The position numbers and the translations under genes were made by a program. A model generated the notes under the pieces. The model ran no database searches. It was not told the DNA's origin and saw only the letters and a program-made list of their open reading frames with translations. Below, one piece after another: positions 19,222-29,079 of a stretch of DNA of 59,544 nucleotides. The DNA is from Fimbriimonadia bacterium (GTDB taxonomy: Bacteria; Armatimonadota; Fimbriimonadia; Fimbriimonadales; JABRVX01): the NCBI GenBank assembly GCA_041483895.1, contig JBGPGO010000019.1, positions 1 through 59,544 of the forward strand, given 5' to 3'. How positions within the stretch are numbered: the first letter of the stretch is position 1; every line of letters starts with the position of its first letter.

Positions 19222-19649
19222 ACAGCCGCTCCGTGATAGCGATTGACCCGGGAACCGCCAAATGCGGCCTGGCGCTCGTGTCGCTCAACTCGAAGCACGA
19301 AGTACAGGTCATAAGGCATAAAGTTATACAAATCTCGGACTTCTGCTCCGAAATTTCGGCGTGGGTGAACGAAAAGGCGCCGGAAGCGTTCGTCGTGGGA
19401 ACGGGGACCGGCTCCAAAGCGGTTGTGGCTGAACTGGGAGAACGGTTTCCCGATGCCGGCATATTGCTGTTGGAAGAGGCGTTCACAACGGAAAATGCCC
19501 GGAAGCGCTATTGGGAGGAGAATCCGCCGAGGGGTTGGAGGCGGTTCATCCCAAGGACGATGCTGACGCCGCCCGAACCGGTCGATGACTACGCGGCGGT
19601 GCTGCTGGCCGAAATGGCTTTGAAGGAAATGGTCGTAGAAATGAATTGA
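19218..19649 (+). CDS. yqgF: YqgF/RuvX-like RNase H-fold pre-16S rRNA nuclease
   Basis: IAIDPGTAKCGLA, VVGTGTGS, EAFTTENAR, VDDYAA. Confidence 0.82.
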   Translation: MNSRSVIAIDPGTAKCGLALVSLNSKHEVQVIRHKVIQISDFCSEISAWVNEKAPEAFVVGTGTGSKAVVAELGERFPDAGILLLEEAFTTENARKRYWEENPPRGWRRFIPRTMLTPPEPVDDYAAVLLAEMALKEMVVEMN

Positions 19650-19828
19650 GGGTCAGTCCGGACCGCCCCATTCATATTATTTCAGCCGGAAAATATGGCG
19701 GCAGGGGACAAATGTTCGGTACTATGGGTTTCTAGAGGTACGGTGCCGTATCGGGTCGGGCCCAAGGAGTGGGCTTCGGCGCGGCAAAGAAGTCTCAATA
19801 AGGGATTGAGATTCCAAGGAGGGAACGG

Positions 19829-21871
19829 ATGAACTGGAGAGTACTTGCAGGATGCGCGATTTTTTGCATCGGGCTTGCTTCGCCCGTGCTCGCGCAGGAC
19901 AACTTCCCCGACACCCCGGAAAACCACTGGGCCTATCAGGATATTGCGCAGCTCAAGGAATGGGGCCTTGTCATTGGATTTCCGGACGGTATGTTCAAGG
20001 GCGGCAGGGCGCTCAGCCGCTACGAATTCGGCATGGTGATCCACCGCGCCTGGCTTCAATTCAAAGAGAAGTATGGAACGGCGGATGAACAGATCGCCGC
20101 GCTGGAGAAGCGAATTCGCGAGCTGACGATTCCCGAAGTGAAGCCGCAGGAGCCGGCCAAGGGCGAGGTCACCAAGCAAGAGTTGGCTGCCATCAAGAGC
20201 CAGCTTGACACGCTGAAGGGCCAGATGGCGGGCCGACAAGACTGGAAGGCGCAAATCGACGCCTTGCGCAAACTTTCTCAGAAATTTTCACAAGATCTCG
20301 CGAGCCTCGGCGTTGATGTTGCAGCGATGCAAAAGGACATGCGATCTGTTGAAGATCGTGTGTCCACTTTGGAGAACCACAAACCGCCGATTCACATCGG
20401 CGGGGACCTGAACGTCGTCGGTTTCGGCGGGATCAGTCAGACCGGCAGAGTTGGCGTTTCATGGACGGGCAATCCGGTCGGCGCGGATTCGGAAGGCAAT
20501 CCGATCGGCCTAACGGGCGATCTTCACGTGGTCCACGAACTCGGCCTGAACTTTTCGGGCGAGTACGGACGCGGCGTAAGTTTTGAGGCGGAGGTCGTCT
20601 CGACGAGCCTCCTGCCGTTTGAATTTGGCACGTACAGCATGGTTGAGCCGGGCCAGCGAAAAGATGAGGCCGATAGCGACCTGATCCTTCACCACGCAAC
20701 GGTGAATTGGAAAGACAACTGGTTCGGAAAGCCGGTTGAGATGACATTCGGTCGGGTGGGATATAAGAGTGACAACTACTTTGCTTTCGCCCGGCTCGAT
20801 CCCGATCCTTATGTGGACATCTCGCGCTGGGACAACGGGAAATGGTATTTCGACGGCGGCATCTTCAAATTCGATATGGGTTCGGCCGATCTAAGCTTTT
20901 TCGGTGGCAAGCAGACGACGCGCAACAGCGTTCATTCGGATACCACTTGGGCCATGAACGTCGGTCAAAACTCGGGAGCATTCGATCAGCGAGAGCGGCC
21001 GGGTAATCAAAATCTCGGCAGCTTGGAGGTCGAGACCGAGGTTGGCACGGAACTGAAGTTCAACCTGGGCAACAAGAGCAAGGTCGGCGCTCAGTACATC
21101 CTGTTGGACGGCCAGCCGACGACTCTGTCGGCAACCAACGTATCCCAGGCGATAACGTACAACCGAATGGGATTGCTCGGCCTGAACGCTGAAATCAATC
21201 TCACCAGCGATCTGATGTTGTACGGCGATGTTGCCGACGGCAACCTGTATTTCAACGACCATACGCGGCAGACCGATGACAACGAGGCGTACGAGTTTGG
21301 TCTCGAATACCATCGCGGCGAAAAGTGGTCCCTCGGCGCCGGCTACCGATATGTCGCGCCGTTCTTCTCCGCTCCCGGCTATTGGGACCGGATTGGCTAC
21401 TGGTACAACCCGCGCGACATCAAGGGATACGCGGTCTGGTTCAACTCGAAATTCAATAAGGATTGGGCCTTGTGGTTGTCCGGCCAATTTCTGACGGGAG
21501 CCAACGCAATAGCAAGCAGCTCCGGAAACACTTCGTTCGGCCTAATGGATGGCGACAAGATCTATTCGTACAACGCCTACCTGCGCATTCCGCTTACGGA
21601 GCGATGGAAGCTGCTCGTGGGTTGGGAAGGCCTGTTCTGGAACATGTCCACGCGCAATTCGCTGGAAATCAACGGCGGCGACATCGACGAGAACTACTAT
21701 ACAGTCGAATTCACGTACGACCTCGGCAAGAACACGACTTGGAGAATCGGGTATCAATACTCCGACTACGACAACAAGACCGGCTCGTCGTTCTACGATG
21801 CGCCGGGCGGATTTGGGTTGGACCGCCGAACGGGAAGCCTGATCTTCACACAATTTGGAGTTGGCTTCTGA
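19829..21871 (+). CDS. OmpM/SlpA-type protein 1 (SLH + coiled-coil stalk + beta-barrel)
   Basis: FPDTPENHWAY...GFPDGMFKG...SRYEF SLH motif; heptad stalk; amphipathic strands; C-terminal Phe. Confidence 0.9.
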   Translation: MNWRVLAGCAIFCIGLASPVLAQDNFPDTPENHWAYQDIAQLKEWGLVIGFPDGMFKGGRALSRYEFGMVIHRAWLQFKEKYGTADEQIAALEKRIRELTIPEVKPQEPAKGEVTKQELAAIKSQLDTLKGQMAGRQDWKAQIDALRKLSQKFSQDLASLGVDVAAMQKDMRSVEDRVSTLENHKPPIHIGGDLNVVGFGGISQTGRVGVSWTGNPVGADSEGNPIGLTGDLHVVHELGLNFSGEYGRGVSFEAEVVSTSLLPFEFGTYSMVEPGQRKDEADSDLILHHATVNWKDNWFGKPVEMTFGRVGYKSDNYFAFARLDPDPYVDISRWDNGKWYFDGGIFKFDMGSADLSFFGGKQTTRNSVHSDTTWAMNVGQNSGAFDQRERPGNQNLGSLEVETEVGTELKFNLGNKSKVGAQYILLDGQPTTLSATNVSQAITYNRMGLLGLNAEINLTSDLMLYGDVADGNLYFNDHTRQTDDNEAYEFGLEYHRGEKWSLGAGYRYVAPFFSAPGYWDRIGYWYNPRDIKGYAVWFNSKFNKDWALWLSGQFLTGANAIASSSGNTSFGLMDGDKIYSYNAYLRIPLTERWKLLVGWEGLFWNMSTRNSLEINGGDIDENYYTVEFTYDLGKNTTWRIGYQYSDYDNKTGSSFYDAPGGFGLDRRTGSLIFTQFGVGF

Positions 21872-21900
21872 TCGGCCGGTAGGACCGATGACCCGCGCAA

Positions 21901-21929
21901 TTGACAGGGACAGACAAGCGTGGTAACAT
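21901..21929 (+). promoter_or_regulatory. Promoter of OmpM-like paralog 2
   Basis: TTGACA-N17-TAACAT. Confidence 0.7.
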
Positions 21930-22057
21930 GCGCTTACAACCAGGTTAGTATGACCAGGTAGGAACAGCCAGGGAACGGCCGCGGAAGGTAACTTAGGAGT
22001 TCTTTCGAACCCGCCGGACCCAGGCTCTCCGACCGATGATCTCAAGGAGGAGAACAA

Positions 22058-24148
22058 ATGAAACGTACGCTGACTTTCTTTCTCGGCGTAGTTTTGGCTG
22101 CTGGAGTGATGGTTCCGGCCTTCGCCCAGAAGCCGGTTCCGGATGACGTTCCCCCGTATCACTGGGCGTATGACGCCTTGAAGCAGCTGTTTGAAGACGG
22201 TCTGCTCAACGGCTATCCAGATGGTTCGTTCAGGGGCCAGCGTCCAATGAGCCGCTATGAATTCGCGGTCGCCATTCATCAAGCATACATGAAGATGATG
22301 GGGAACGTTAGCGATTTGGACGGTCGAATCAACACCATCAAGGGTCAGATCGACGACCTTATGGCGAAGATCGACAAGATGAACACCGGCGGCGGCGGTG
22401 GTGGAGACACCAGCAACTTCGCCACGAAGCAGGAGCTTCAGGCTTTGAAGGACCAATTGGAAGGTCTCATGCGAGACACCAGTTCCATGAAAAGCTGGGG
22501 CGATGACATTGCCGCGCTTAAGAAGCTGAGCTCGACGTTTGAGCAGGACTTGGCTTCGCTCGGCGTTGACGTCGAAGCGTACAAGAAGGACCTTCGATCG
22601 CTCGGCGATCGGGTCACCGCTCTGGAAAGCCTCAAGCCGGCGATCATGATCAACGGTTCGTTCGACTTCTACGGTCGCGCCGCCCACAGCCGGGACGACG
22701 TGTGGGGCATTGACTGGAACGGCGCGCCGGTTGGATCCCGCTCCAACGGCCAAACCATCGTTCCGGTCGGCGTCCAGGACGACATTCACTTCATGAACGA
22801 GCTCGGACTGGTATTCTCCGGCGTCTACGGCCGCGACGTGCATTTTGAGGCCGAAGTCGTAGGTGGCAACCTGCTCGGATTCGAAGGCGGATCCCTAACA
22901 TCGCAGTGGAATAATGGTAGTACGCCTCCGTTCCCGACCCGAAAAGAAGAGGGCAACGAAGACGTCTACCTGCATCATGCTGAGGCCGCCTGGAACACCA
23001 AGTGGCTCAACAACAATGTGAACGTTCGGCTGGGCCGCATCGGTCTCCAGCTTAGCCCGTATCTTCTCAAGCGACAGGATGTTGACTACTACGTCGATAT
23101 CAAGCGCTGGGACGACGGCAACTGGTACTTCGACGGCGGTTCCGTGGACTTCAACTGGAACACGGTTGATCTGAACGTCTTCGGTGGCAAGACGATCAAT
23201 CGCGGAAGCGTGAACAGTGCCAACATCTATGGAATGATGGTTGGAGATGTTCGAGTGTTCGAGGACTTTTTCAACAACACGGGCCGACCGGGCAACTCGC
23301 TGACGGGCGTGCTGGAAGTCGAAACGATGCTCGGCGCCAATCTTGGTATCAAGCTCGGCGACCGAGGATCCCTTCGAGGCTATTACAATATCCTTGACGG
23401 ACAGGATTCGACTACAACCAGCGGTACGACCGGCAAGAACGTAACGTTCGACCGGCTCAACATGATCGGTGGAACCCTGGAATTTGCGGTTGGCAAGAAT
23501 ATTCACGTTACAGGTAACTTTGCCCAATCCGCATATTTCAATCGGGACAGCAGCCAGCTTAACAACGACAACTGGGCCGCTGACGGCATGGTCACATTCA
23601 ACGCCGGCAAACTGAACGTTTTCGGCGGTTACCGAATGATCGGTCCGTACTTCTCAGCTCCCGGCAGCTGGGGTCGAATCGGCTATTGGAACAACCCAAC
23701 CGACATCCAAGGATTCCAGGTTGGCGCACACCTTGGCCTCACGGAAAAGGTCAATGTTTATGCCTCCGGCGAGTTCTACAATGGAACCGGTCGAGCCAGC
23801 AACGGCACGAACGACGTTGGACTGCTGAATGACGACGATATCACCCGCATCCAGGCTGGTGTCGGCTTCAAATTAGCCGACAACTGGCACCTTGGCCTTG
23901 GCTGGGAAGGCGTATTCTGGAAGCTCGAACCGCGAAACAGCCTTGAATTCAATGGTGGCGACGTGGACGAGAACTACTATACGGCTGATTTCAACTATGA
24001 CCTCGGAGCTGGAACCACCTGGCGCCTTGGCTATCAGATCTCCGATTACAACAACAAGACTGGGGACAGCGGCTTTAACACGCCGGGCAACCCGTCGAAT
24101 CGGGCCAAGGGTGGACTGTTCTTTACGCAGTTCAGCCTGAAGTTCTAG
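22058..24148 (+). CDS. OmpM/SlpA-type protein 2
   Basis: DVPPYHWAY...GYPDGSFRG...SRYEFA; stalk; barrel ending TQFSLKF; AAGGAGG RBS. Confidence 0.92.
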   Translation: MKRTLTFFLGVVLAAGVMVPAFAQKPVPDDVPPYHWAYDALKQLFEDGLLNGYPDGSFRGQRPMSRYEFAVAIHQAYMKMMGNVSDLDGRINTIKGQIDDLMAKIDKMNTGGGGGGDTSNFATKQELQALKDQLEGLMRDTSSMKSWGDDIAALKKLSSTFEQDLASLGVDVEAYKKDLRSLGDRVTALESLKPAIMINGSFDFYGRAAHSRDDVWGIDWNGAPVGSRSNGQTIVPVGVQDDIHFMNELGLVFSGVYGRDVHFEAEVVGGNLLGFEGGSLTSQWNNGSTPPFPTRKEEGNEDVYLHHAEAAWNTKWLNNNVNVRLGRIGLQLSPYLLKRQDVDYYVDIKRWDDGNWYFDGGSVDFNWNTVDLNVFGGKTINRGSVNSANIYGMMVGDVRVFEDFFNNTGRPGNSLTGVLEVETMLGANLGIKLGDRGSLRGYYNILDGQDSTTTSGTTGKNVTFDRLNMIGGTLEFAVGKNIHVTGNFAQSAYFNRDSSQLNNDNWAADGMVTFNAGKLNVFGGYRMIGPYFSAPGSWGRIGYWNNPTDIQGFQVGAHLGLTEKVNVYASGEFYNGTGRASNGTNDVGLLNDDDITRIQAGVGFKLADNWHLGLGWEGVFWKLEPRNSLEFNGGDVDENYYTADFNYDLGAGTTWRLGYQISDYNNKTGDSGFNTPGNPSNRAKGGLFFTQFSLKF

Positions 24149-24162
24149 TTCTGAAACAAATC

Positions 24163-24193
24163 TGGGCCTCGGCGGACCGCCGGGGCCCATTTT
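24163..24193 (+). terminator. Intrinsic terminator
   Basis: TGGGCCTCGGCG-gac-CGCCGGGGCCCA-TTTT. Confidence 0.75.
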
Positions 24194-24268
24194 CATCCCT
24201 GCAGTGGCACTGCCAAGCCCCTGCCATCGTCTAAGAATTACAGGACAAGCAACAACGGGAGGTAACCC

Positions 24269-24685
24269 ATGAAGCTTCGCACACTCGTTTTTCCGACAGC
24301 GATTCTTTTGATCAGCGCGGTATCTGTCGCGCAGCTGGACAAAATTGTGAAGGGCGCGGGCGCAGCCGCCATCATCGCCGCAACCGGCAAGGACATTGAC
24401 AAGGCGCTGGACAAGCTGCTCAAGCATACCGACACGGCTTCGTCATTCACCAAAGTTGTGCCCATCGTATCCATTGGGAGCGGCGCCTTTGTCGGAGCGG
24501 CCCAAGTGATGGGCGCCAAGGTCAAAGTGAGCAAGGTCCAGGCCGTGGGACAGCTCGAAACCGCCATCCTCGGCAAGTCCGTCCGTATCAAGGGGCTGAT
24601 CCCCATCACCACCGATAAGCCCGGCAAAGCCCTCGATCGGGTGGACGGCGTCGGCGTCTCAGGAATAATAGACTTGAAATTGTAG
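24269..24685 (+). CDS. Small exported hypothetical protein between OmpM-like genes
   Basis: GGAGG RBS; signal peptide; TKVVPIVSIG...VGAAQV...GVGVSGIIDLKL beta-rich C-half. Confidence 0.8.
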   Translation: MKLRTLVFPTAILLISAVSVAQLDKIVKGAGAAAIIAATGKDIDKALDKLLKHTDTASSFTKVVPIVSIGSGAFVGAAQVMGAKVKVSKVQAVGQLETAILGKSVRIKGLIPITTDKPGKALDRVDGVGVSGIIDLKL

Positions 24686-24697
24686 GTTTGTAGTATA

Positions 24698-24733
24698 ATT
24701 TGCCCGGCGAACCGGGACGGTTGCCGGGCAAAT
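24698..24733. other. Long stem-loop between the small gene and OmpM-like paralog 3
   Basis: ATTTGCCCGGC(G)AACCG-gga-CGGTTGCCGGGCAAAT, abutting TATAAT at 24694-24699. Confidence 0.55.
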
Positions 24734-24771
24734 GCTCAGTTTTGAACGGTTGGGGCTCAAGGAGGAGATTG

Positions 24772-26859
24772 ATGAGACGCACTGCATGGGCGGGAATAGC
24801 TCTTTTGGCGGCATTTGCCTGCCAAACGACGGCATTGGCAAATCCGGTGGATTACACTAGTATTTTTACCGTTCAGGATGCATTCCCTGACGTTCCCGCG
24901 AACCACTGGGCCTACGAAGCGCTCAAAACCTTGCGAGACGCGGGCTTGCTCGTTGGGTATCCCGGAGGAACCTTCCAGGGCCAGCGGCCCCTCAGCCGCT
25001 ATGAATTTGCCGTCTCCATCAACGCCGCCTACCAAAAGCTCAAGAACATGATTTCGCCCCTAGGTTCCCGCATTGACGAGCTGGACGCCCGAATCAAAGC
25101 CATTACACTGCCGGGGGACCGCGGCGCCGGGGGAGCCACCGGCGAGGTCTCCAAACAGGATCTGGCTGCGCTAAAAAGTGAATTGGATACGCTCAAGGCG
25201 CAGCTTTCGGGTATGGCCGGATATCAGGAGCAGCTCGATGCGCTCAAGAAGCTATCGGGAACCTTCGAAAAGGACCTGGCGGCGCTCGGTGTGGACGCCG
25301 CGCAGATCAAGAAGGACACGGAGCTGCTATCGCAGCGGGTAACCGCGCTGGAAAGCCGAAAAACCGGTGTCGGCATCAAAGGCGATTTCAACTCCATCGG
25401 AGTGGGCCGGCATAGCATCGACCACGAGCAGGGCGTAGATTGGACGGGAAATCCGGAAGGACTGGACAGTGCCGGCAACAAGGTCGGTCTGTTCCAAGAT
25501 TTGCAGTTTGCCAGTGAATTGGGCCTGCAGTTCTCCGGGACCTATGGGAACGGAGTAAACTTCAATTCGGACGTGATCGTCAGCGGCATTTTGCCCTATA
25601 ATTTTAACAGCTTCAGCACGCTATCTCCAGGCCAACGGCGGACGGCGGAGAGCACAGACATTTTCATCAATCGGTTGAACGCTGATTGGAAGGGCAACGT
25701 GCTTGGCAATCCGATCCGTGTCACCATGGGACGGTTTGGCTATGCCTTAGGGCCGTACGTCTTAAAGCGCATCGATCCGGATCCCTATGTGGATATCAAC
25801 CGATACGATAACGGCGAATGGGGAATGGACGGCGCGAAGGTCGGCCTCGACTTCAATAACGCCAAAGTGACTTTCTTGGGCGCGAAGCAGAGCAATCGTG
25901 GCGACACGACCTCCACATCCGACTACACCATGATGGTTGGCGACAACCGCACGATGTTCGACCATGGGGGCCGGCCGGCCGGCGTCAATCAGGGCCAGAT
26001 GGCGGTGGAGACAGAGGTTGGCGCCGATCTCAATGTGGGGTTCGGGGAAACGGCTACCTTCAATCTTGGCTATCTGGCATTGGACGGCCAGCGAACAGCG
26101 CTCGGGACGAAATTGGGCAGCACCGGCTTTACATACAATCGATTAGGTGTGTTCGGCGGCGGCGCAAAGGTTCATGTTATCGATACGGTGACGCTTAACG
26201 GCCAGTTCTCGCAGGCCCAGCTCTTTGAAAACGGCAGCAGCCGGCTCAATCGGGAGAATTTTGCATACGACGTCGGCTTGAAGCTGTTCGAGACCAATAA
26301 TTTCAACTTCGGTCTTGGCTTCAAAGAGGTGCGACCGTTCTTTACAGCCCCCGGCGATTGGGGGAGAATCGGCTTCTGGCAAAATCCGACGGACATCCGC
26401 GGATTTACCCTCGGCGGCCAGTACCGCTTGACGGACGACTTCGATTTTACGGCGCAGGGCGAATTCTATCGGGGAACGGGCGGAGCCAAGGACACGCAGG
26501 GCACCGTGGTTGGATTGAGCACGGACGACAAGATCAGCCGCTATCAGCTTGGCGTCGGATACCGCCTGACCGAGCGGTGGAAGGTGATGCTCGGTTGGGA
26601 GGGCGTCTACTGGGACCTCCAGGCACGCGCTGCCGGGTTTGACGATCCAAACCTGCCGCCGTTCATCGGTGGGAAGCCCACAGAGAACTACTATTCGCTC
26701 GGCATGGACTACTTTATGGGCGCGAAGACCAAGATGCGATTCCTGTATCAGGTTAGCGATTACGATGGAAAGGGCACATCCGGCTTCAACTCACCGGGGA
26801 ATCCCAGTTCGCGCGCCAAGGGCGGCCTGCTCGTGACCCAGTTCTCGCTGGAATTCTAA
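24772..26859 (+). CDS. OmpM/SlpA-type protein 3
   Basis: FPDVPANHWAY...GYPGGTFQG...SRYEFA; barrel ending TQFSLEF; AGGAGG RBS. Confidence 0.92.
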   Translation: MRRTAWAGIALLAAFACQTTALANPVDYTSIFTVQDAFPDVPANHWAYEALKTLRDAGLLVGYPGGTFQGQRPLSRYEFAVSINAAYQKLKNMISPLGSRIDELDARIKAITLPGDRGAGGATGEVSKQDLAALKSELDTLKAQLSGMAGYQEQLDALKKLSGTFEKDLAALGVDAAQIKKDTELLSQRVTALESRKTGVGIKGDFNSIGVGRHSIDHEQGVDWTGNPEGLDSAGNKVGLFQDLQFASELGLQFSGTYGNGVNFNSDVIVSGILPYNFNSFSTLSPGQRRTAESTDIFINRLNADWKGNVLGNPIRVTMGRFGYALGPYVLKRIDPDPYVDINRYDNGEWGMDGAKVGLDFNNAKVTFLGAKQSNRGDTTSTSDYTMMVGDNRTMFDHGGRPAGVNQGQMAVETEVGADLNVGFGETATFNLGYLALDGQRTALGTKLGSTGFTYNRLGVFGGGAKVHVIDTVTLNGQFSQAQLFENGSSRLNRENFAYDVGLKLFETNNFNFGLGFKEVRPFFTAPGDWGRIGFWQNPTDIRGFTLGGQYRLTDDFDFTAQGEFYRGTGGAKDTQGTVVGLSTDDKISRYQLGVGYRLTERWKVMLGWEGVYWDLQARAAGFDDPNLPPFIGGKPTENYYSLGMDYFMGAKTKMRFLYQVSDYDGKGTSGFNSPGNPSSRAKGGLLVTQFSLEF

Positions 26860-26929
26860 ACCGCCTCGCCGGGAGTGGTATTATTCTCCCTACCGGCCTA
26901 CGGGCCACTTTATTGCGGGGAGACATGCA

Positions 26930-28060
26930 TTGAATTTTCAGCCGTTCACCTCTGAGTCCGTCACAGAAGCCCATCCGGATAAGCTCGCCGATCAGATCAG
27001 CGACGCTTTGCTCGATGCCTGCCTAAAAGACGATCCCAATTCGCGTTGCGCCATCGAGACGCTGCTTACCCGCGGACTGGCCGTGGTCGCCGGCGAGGTG
27101 ACGACGGAGACCTACGTCGAAATCCCCGATATCGTCCGCGAGACGATCAATTCGGTCGGCTATGTGCACATGGACTATGGATTCGACGGCGATACCTGTG
27201 GCGTTGTGGCGGCAATCCAGCGCCAGTCCCCGGATATCGCGATGGGGGTGGATACGGGCGGCGCGGGCGACCAAGGGATGATGATTGGATACGCATGCAA
27301 CGAGACGAAGGAACTGATGCCGGCGCCCATTACGATCGCGCACGCGCTCACCCATCGCTTGGCGGAGGTCCGACGCACGCAGGAGCCAAACCCGATTCTG
27401 TTGCCGGATGGCAAATCGCAGGTTACGATCATGTACGAGAACAATGAGCCGAAATACATTGACACCGTCGTCGTCTCCACCCAACACCGAGCGGACATCG
27501 CGCAGGATCAGGTGCGGGCGATTGTTCGGGAACAGGTGATCGATCCGGTGCTGAAGCAGTATCAGGACCTCATCGGCGGCGAGATCACCTATCACATCAA
27601 CCCGACCGGCCAATTCACCATCGGCGGGCCGCAAGCCGATACGGGTGTGACCGGCCGCAAGATCATCGTGGATACCTATGGCGGCATCTGCCCGCACGGC
27701 GGCGGCGCGTTTTCCGGCAAGGACGCGACGAAGGTGGACCGCTCGGCGGCCTACATGGCGCGCCACGCCGCGAAGTGCGTGGTGAAGGCGGGGCTGGCAA
27801 TTCGGGCCGAGGTGCATCTGGCCTATGCGATCGGCGTCGCCCAGCCGGTGGGATTGGCGGTAAAGACCTACGGCACAGCCACCATGTCCGAGCATGCGAT
27901 TGCGGAGCGGCTTCGGGAGGTGTTCGATTTCAGTCCACGGGGGATTATCGAGTACTTCGATCTTCGGAAGCCGCAGTTTCTGCCGACCGCAAAGAACGGC
28001 CACTTCGGCAACCCGGCCTTTACGTGGGAGAACACCGACGCGGCAACCCGGTTGGCCTAA
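26930..28060 (+). CDS. metK: S-adenosylmethionine synthetase
   Basis: FTSESVTEAHPDK, GAGDQG, GGGAFSGKD; TTG start. Confidence 0.97.
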   Translation: MNFQPFTSESVTEAHPDKLADQISDALLDACLKDDPNSRCAIETLLTRGLAVVAGEVTTETYVEIPDIVRETINSVGYVHMDYGFDGDTCGVVAAIQRQSPDIAMGVDTGGAGDQGMMIGYACNETKELMPAPITIAHALTHRLAEVRRTQEPNPILLPDGKSQVTIMYENNEPKYIDTVVVSTQHRADIAQDQVRAIVREQVIDPVLKQYQDLIGGEITYHINPTGQFTIGGPQADTGVTGRKIIVDTYGGICPHGGGAFSGKDATKVDRSAAYMARHAAKCVVKAGLAIRAEVHLAYAIGVAQPVGLAVKTYGTATMSEHAIAERLREVFDFSPRGIIEYFDLRKPQFLPTAKNGHFGNPAFTWENTDAATRLA

Positions 28061-29079
28061 ACCGTCCGGCCAACCGCCTCGACAATCGGCTTTAGCTCCC
28101 TCATGAGGGCCTCAAACTTTTCGATCTTGAGCGACTGCGGGCCGTCTTTGACCGCCCTCTCCGGATCGGGATGGACCTCAATCAAGAGCCCGTCGGCCCC
28201 GCAGGCCACCGCCGCCTTGCACATCGGCCCGACAAGATTCCAGCGCCCGGTGCCCTGACTCGGATCCACAACGACAGGCAAGTGTGACAGGACTTTGATG
28301 GAGGGCACCGCAGACAGGTCCAACGTGTTCCGCGTGTAAGGCTCGAAGGTCCGAATGCCGCGCTCACACAAAATTACGTTCGTGTTGCCCTTCACGCAGA
28401 TATACTCCGCCGCGTGCAGCCACTCGTCCAGCTTGGCCGACATGCCGCGCTTCAGCAACACGGGCTTCTTGCCCATGCCGACCTCTTTGAGCAGGTCGTA
28501 GTTCTGCATGTTGCGTGTTCCGACCTGAAGCAGATCTGCATACGAGCTGACCAATTCGACAGCGCGCGGGTCCATCACTTCGGTAACGATGCGCAGCCCG
28601 GTCTCCTCTTTCGCCGCCTTTAAAATACGAAGTCCTTCTTCGCCCAACCCTTGGAAGCTATATGGCGATGTGCTGGGTTTGAATGCGCCGCCACGCAGAA
28701 TGGTTGCGCCGGCGGCCTTCACCGCTCGCGCCGTAATCATCACCTGCTCCTCGGTTTCGACGGTGCACGGCCCGGCCATGATCGCGATCTTATTTCCACC
28801 GACCGGAATGCCGTCGACATCCACCTCGCTTGCAAACGTCCGCGCCTCCCGGGCCACAAACTTGTATGGCCGAACGATCAGCATTACCTCTTCTACATAT
28901 TTGAGGCTTCGCAGGTGGTCTGCGTCCTCATCCTTATCACGATCCGGGGCGCCAACGGCACCGATAACCGTCTTTTCGACACCATAGATGGGATGGATGC
29001 TATATCCCATCTCAACAAGGCGGCCCTCCACTGTGGCGATCTGCTCCTTCGTTGCGCTGCGGTTTAAAACGATAATCAC
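28057..29079 (-). CDS. aroF: DAHP synthase type I-beta with N-terminal regulatory domain
   Basis: MAGPCTVE, LRGGAFKP, QVGTRNMQN, LCERGIRTFE. Confidence 0.93.
   Translation of the reverse strand: MIIVLNRSATKEQIATVEGRLVEMGYSIHPIYGVEKTVIGAVGAPDRDKDEDADHLRSLKYVEEVMLIVRPYKFVAREARTFASEVDVDGIPVGGNKIAIMAGPCTVETEEQVMITARAVKAAGATILRGGAFKPSTSPYSFQGLGEEGLRILKAAKEETGLRIVTEVMDPRAVELVSSYADLLQVGTRNMQNYDLLKEVGMGKKPVLLKRGMSAKLDEWLHAAEYICVKGNTNVILCERGIRTFEPYTRNTLDLSAVPSIKVLSHLPVVVDPSQGTGRWNLVGPMCKAAVACGADGLLIEVHPDPERAVKDGPQSLKIEKFEALMRELKPIVEAVGRTV

Noticed and set aside
26860..26929. SAM riboswitch upstream of metK
   Set aside because: The gap is only 70 bp and shows no recognisable SAM-I or SAM-II core.
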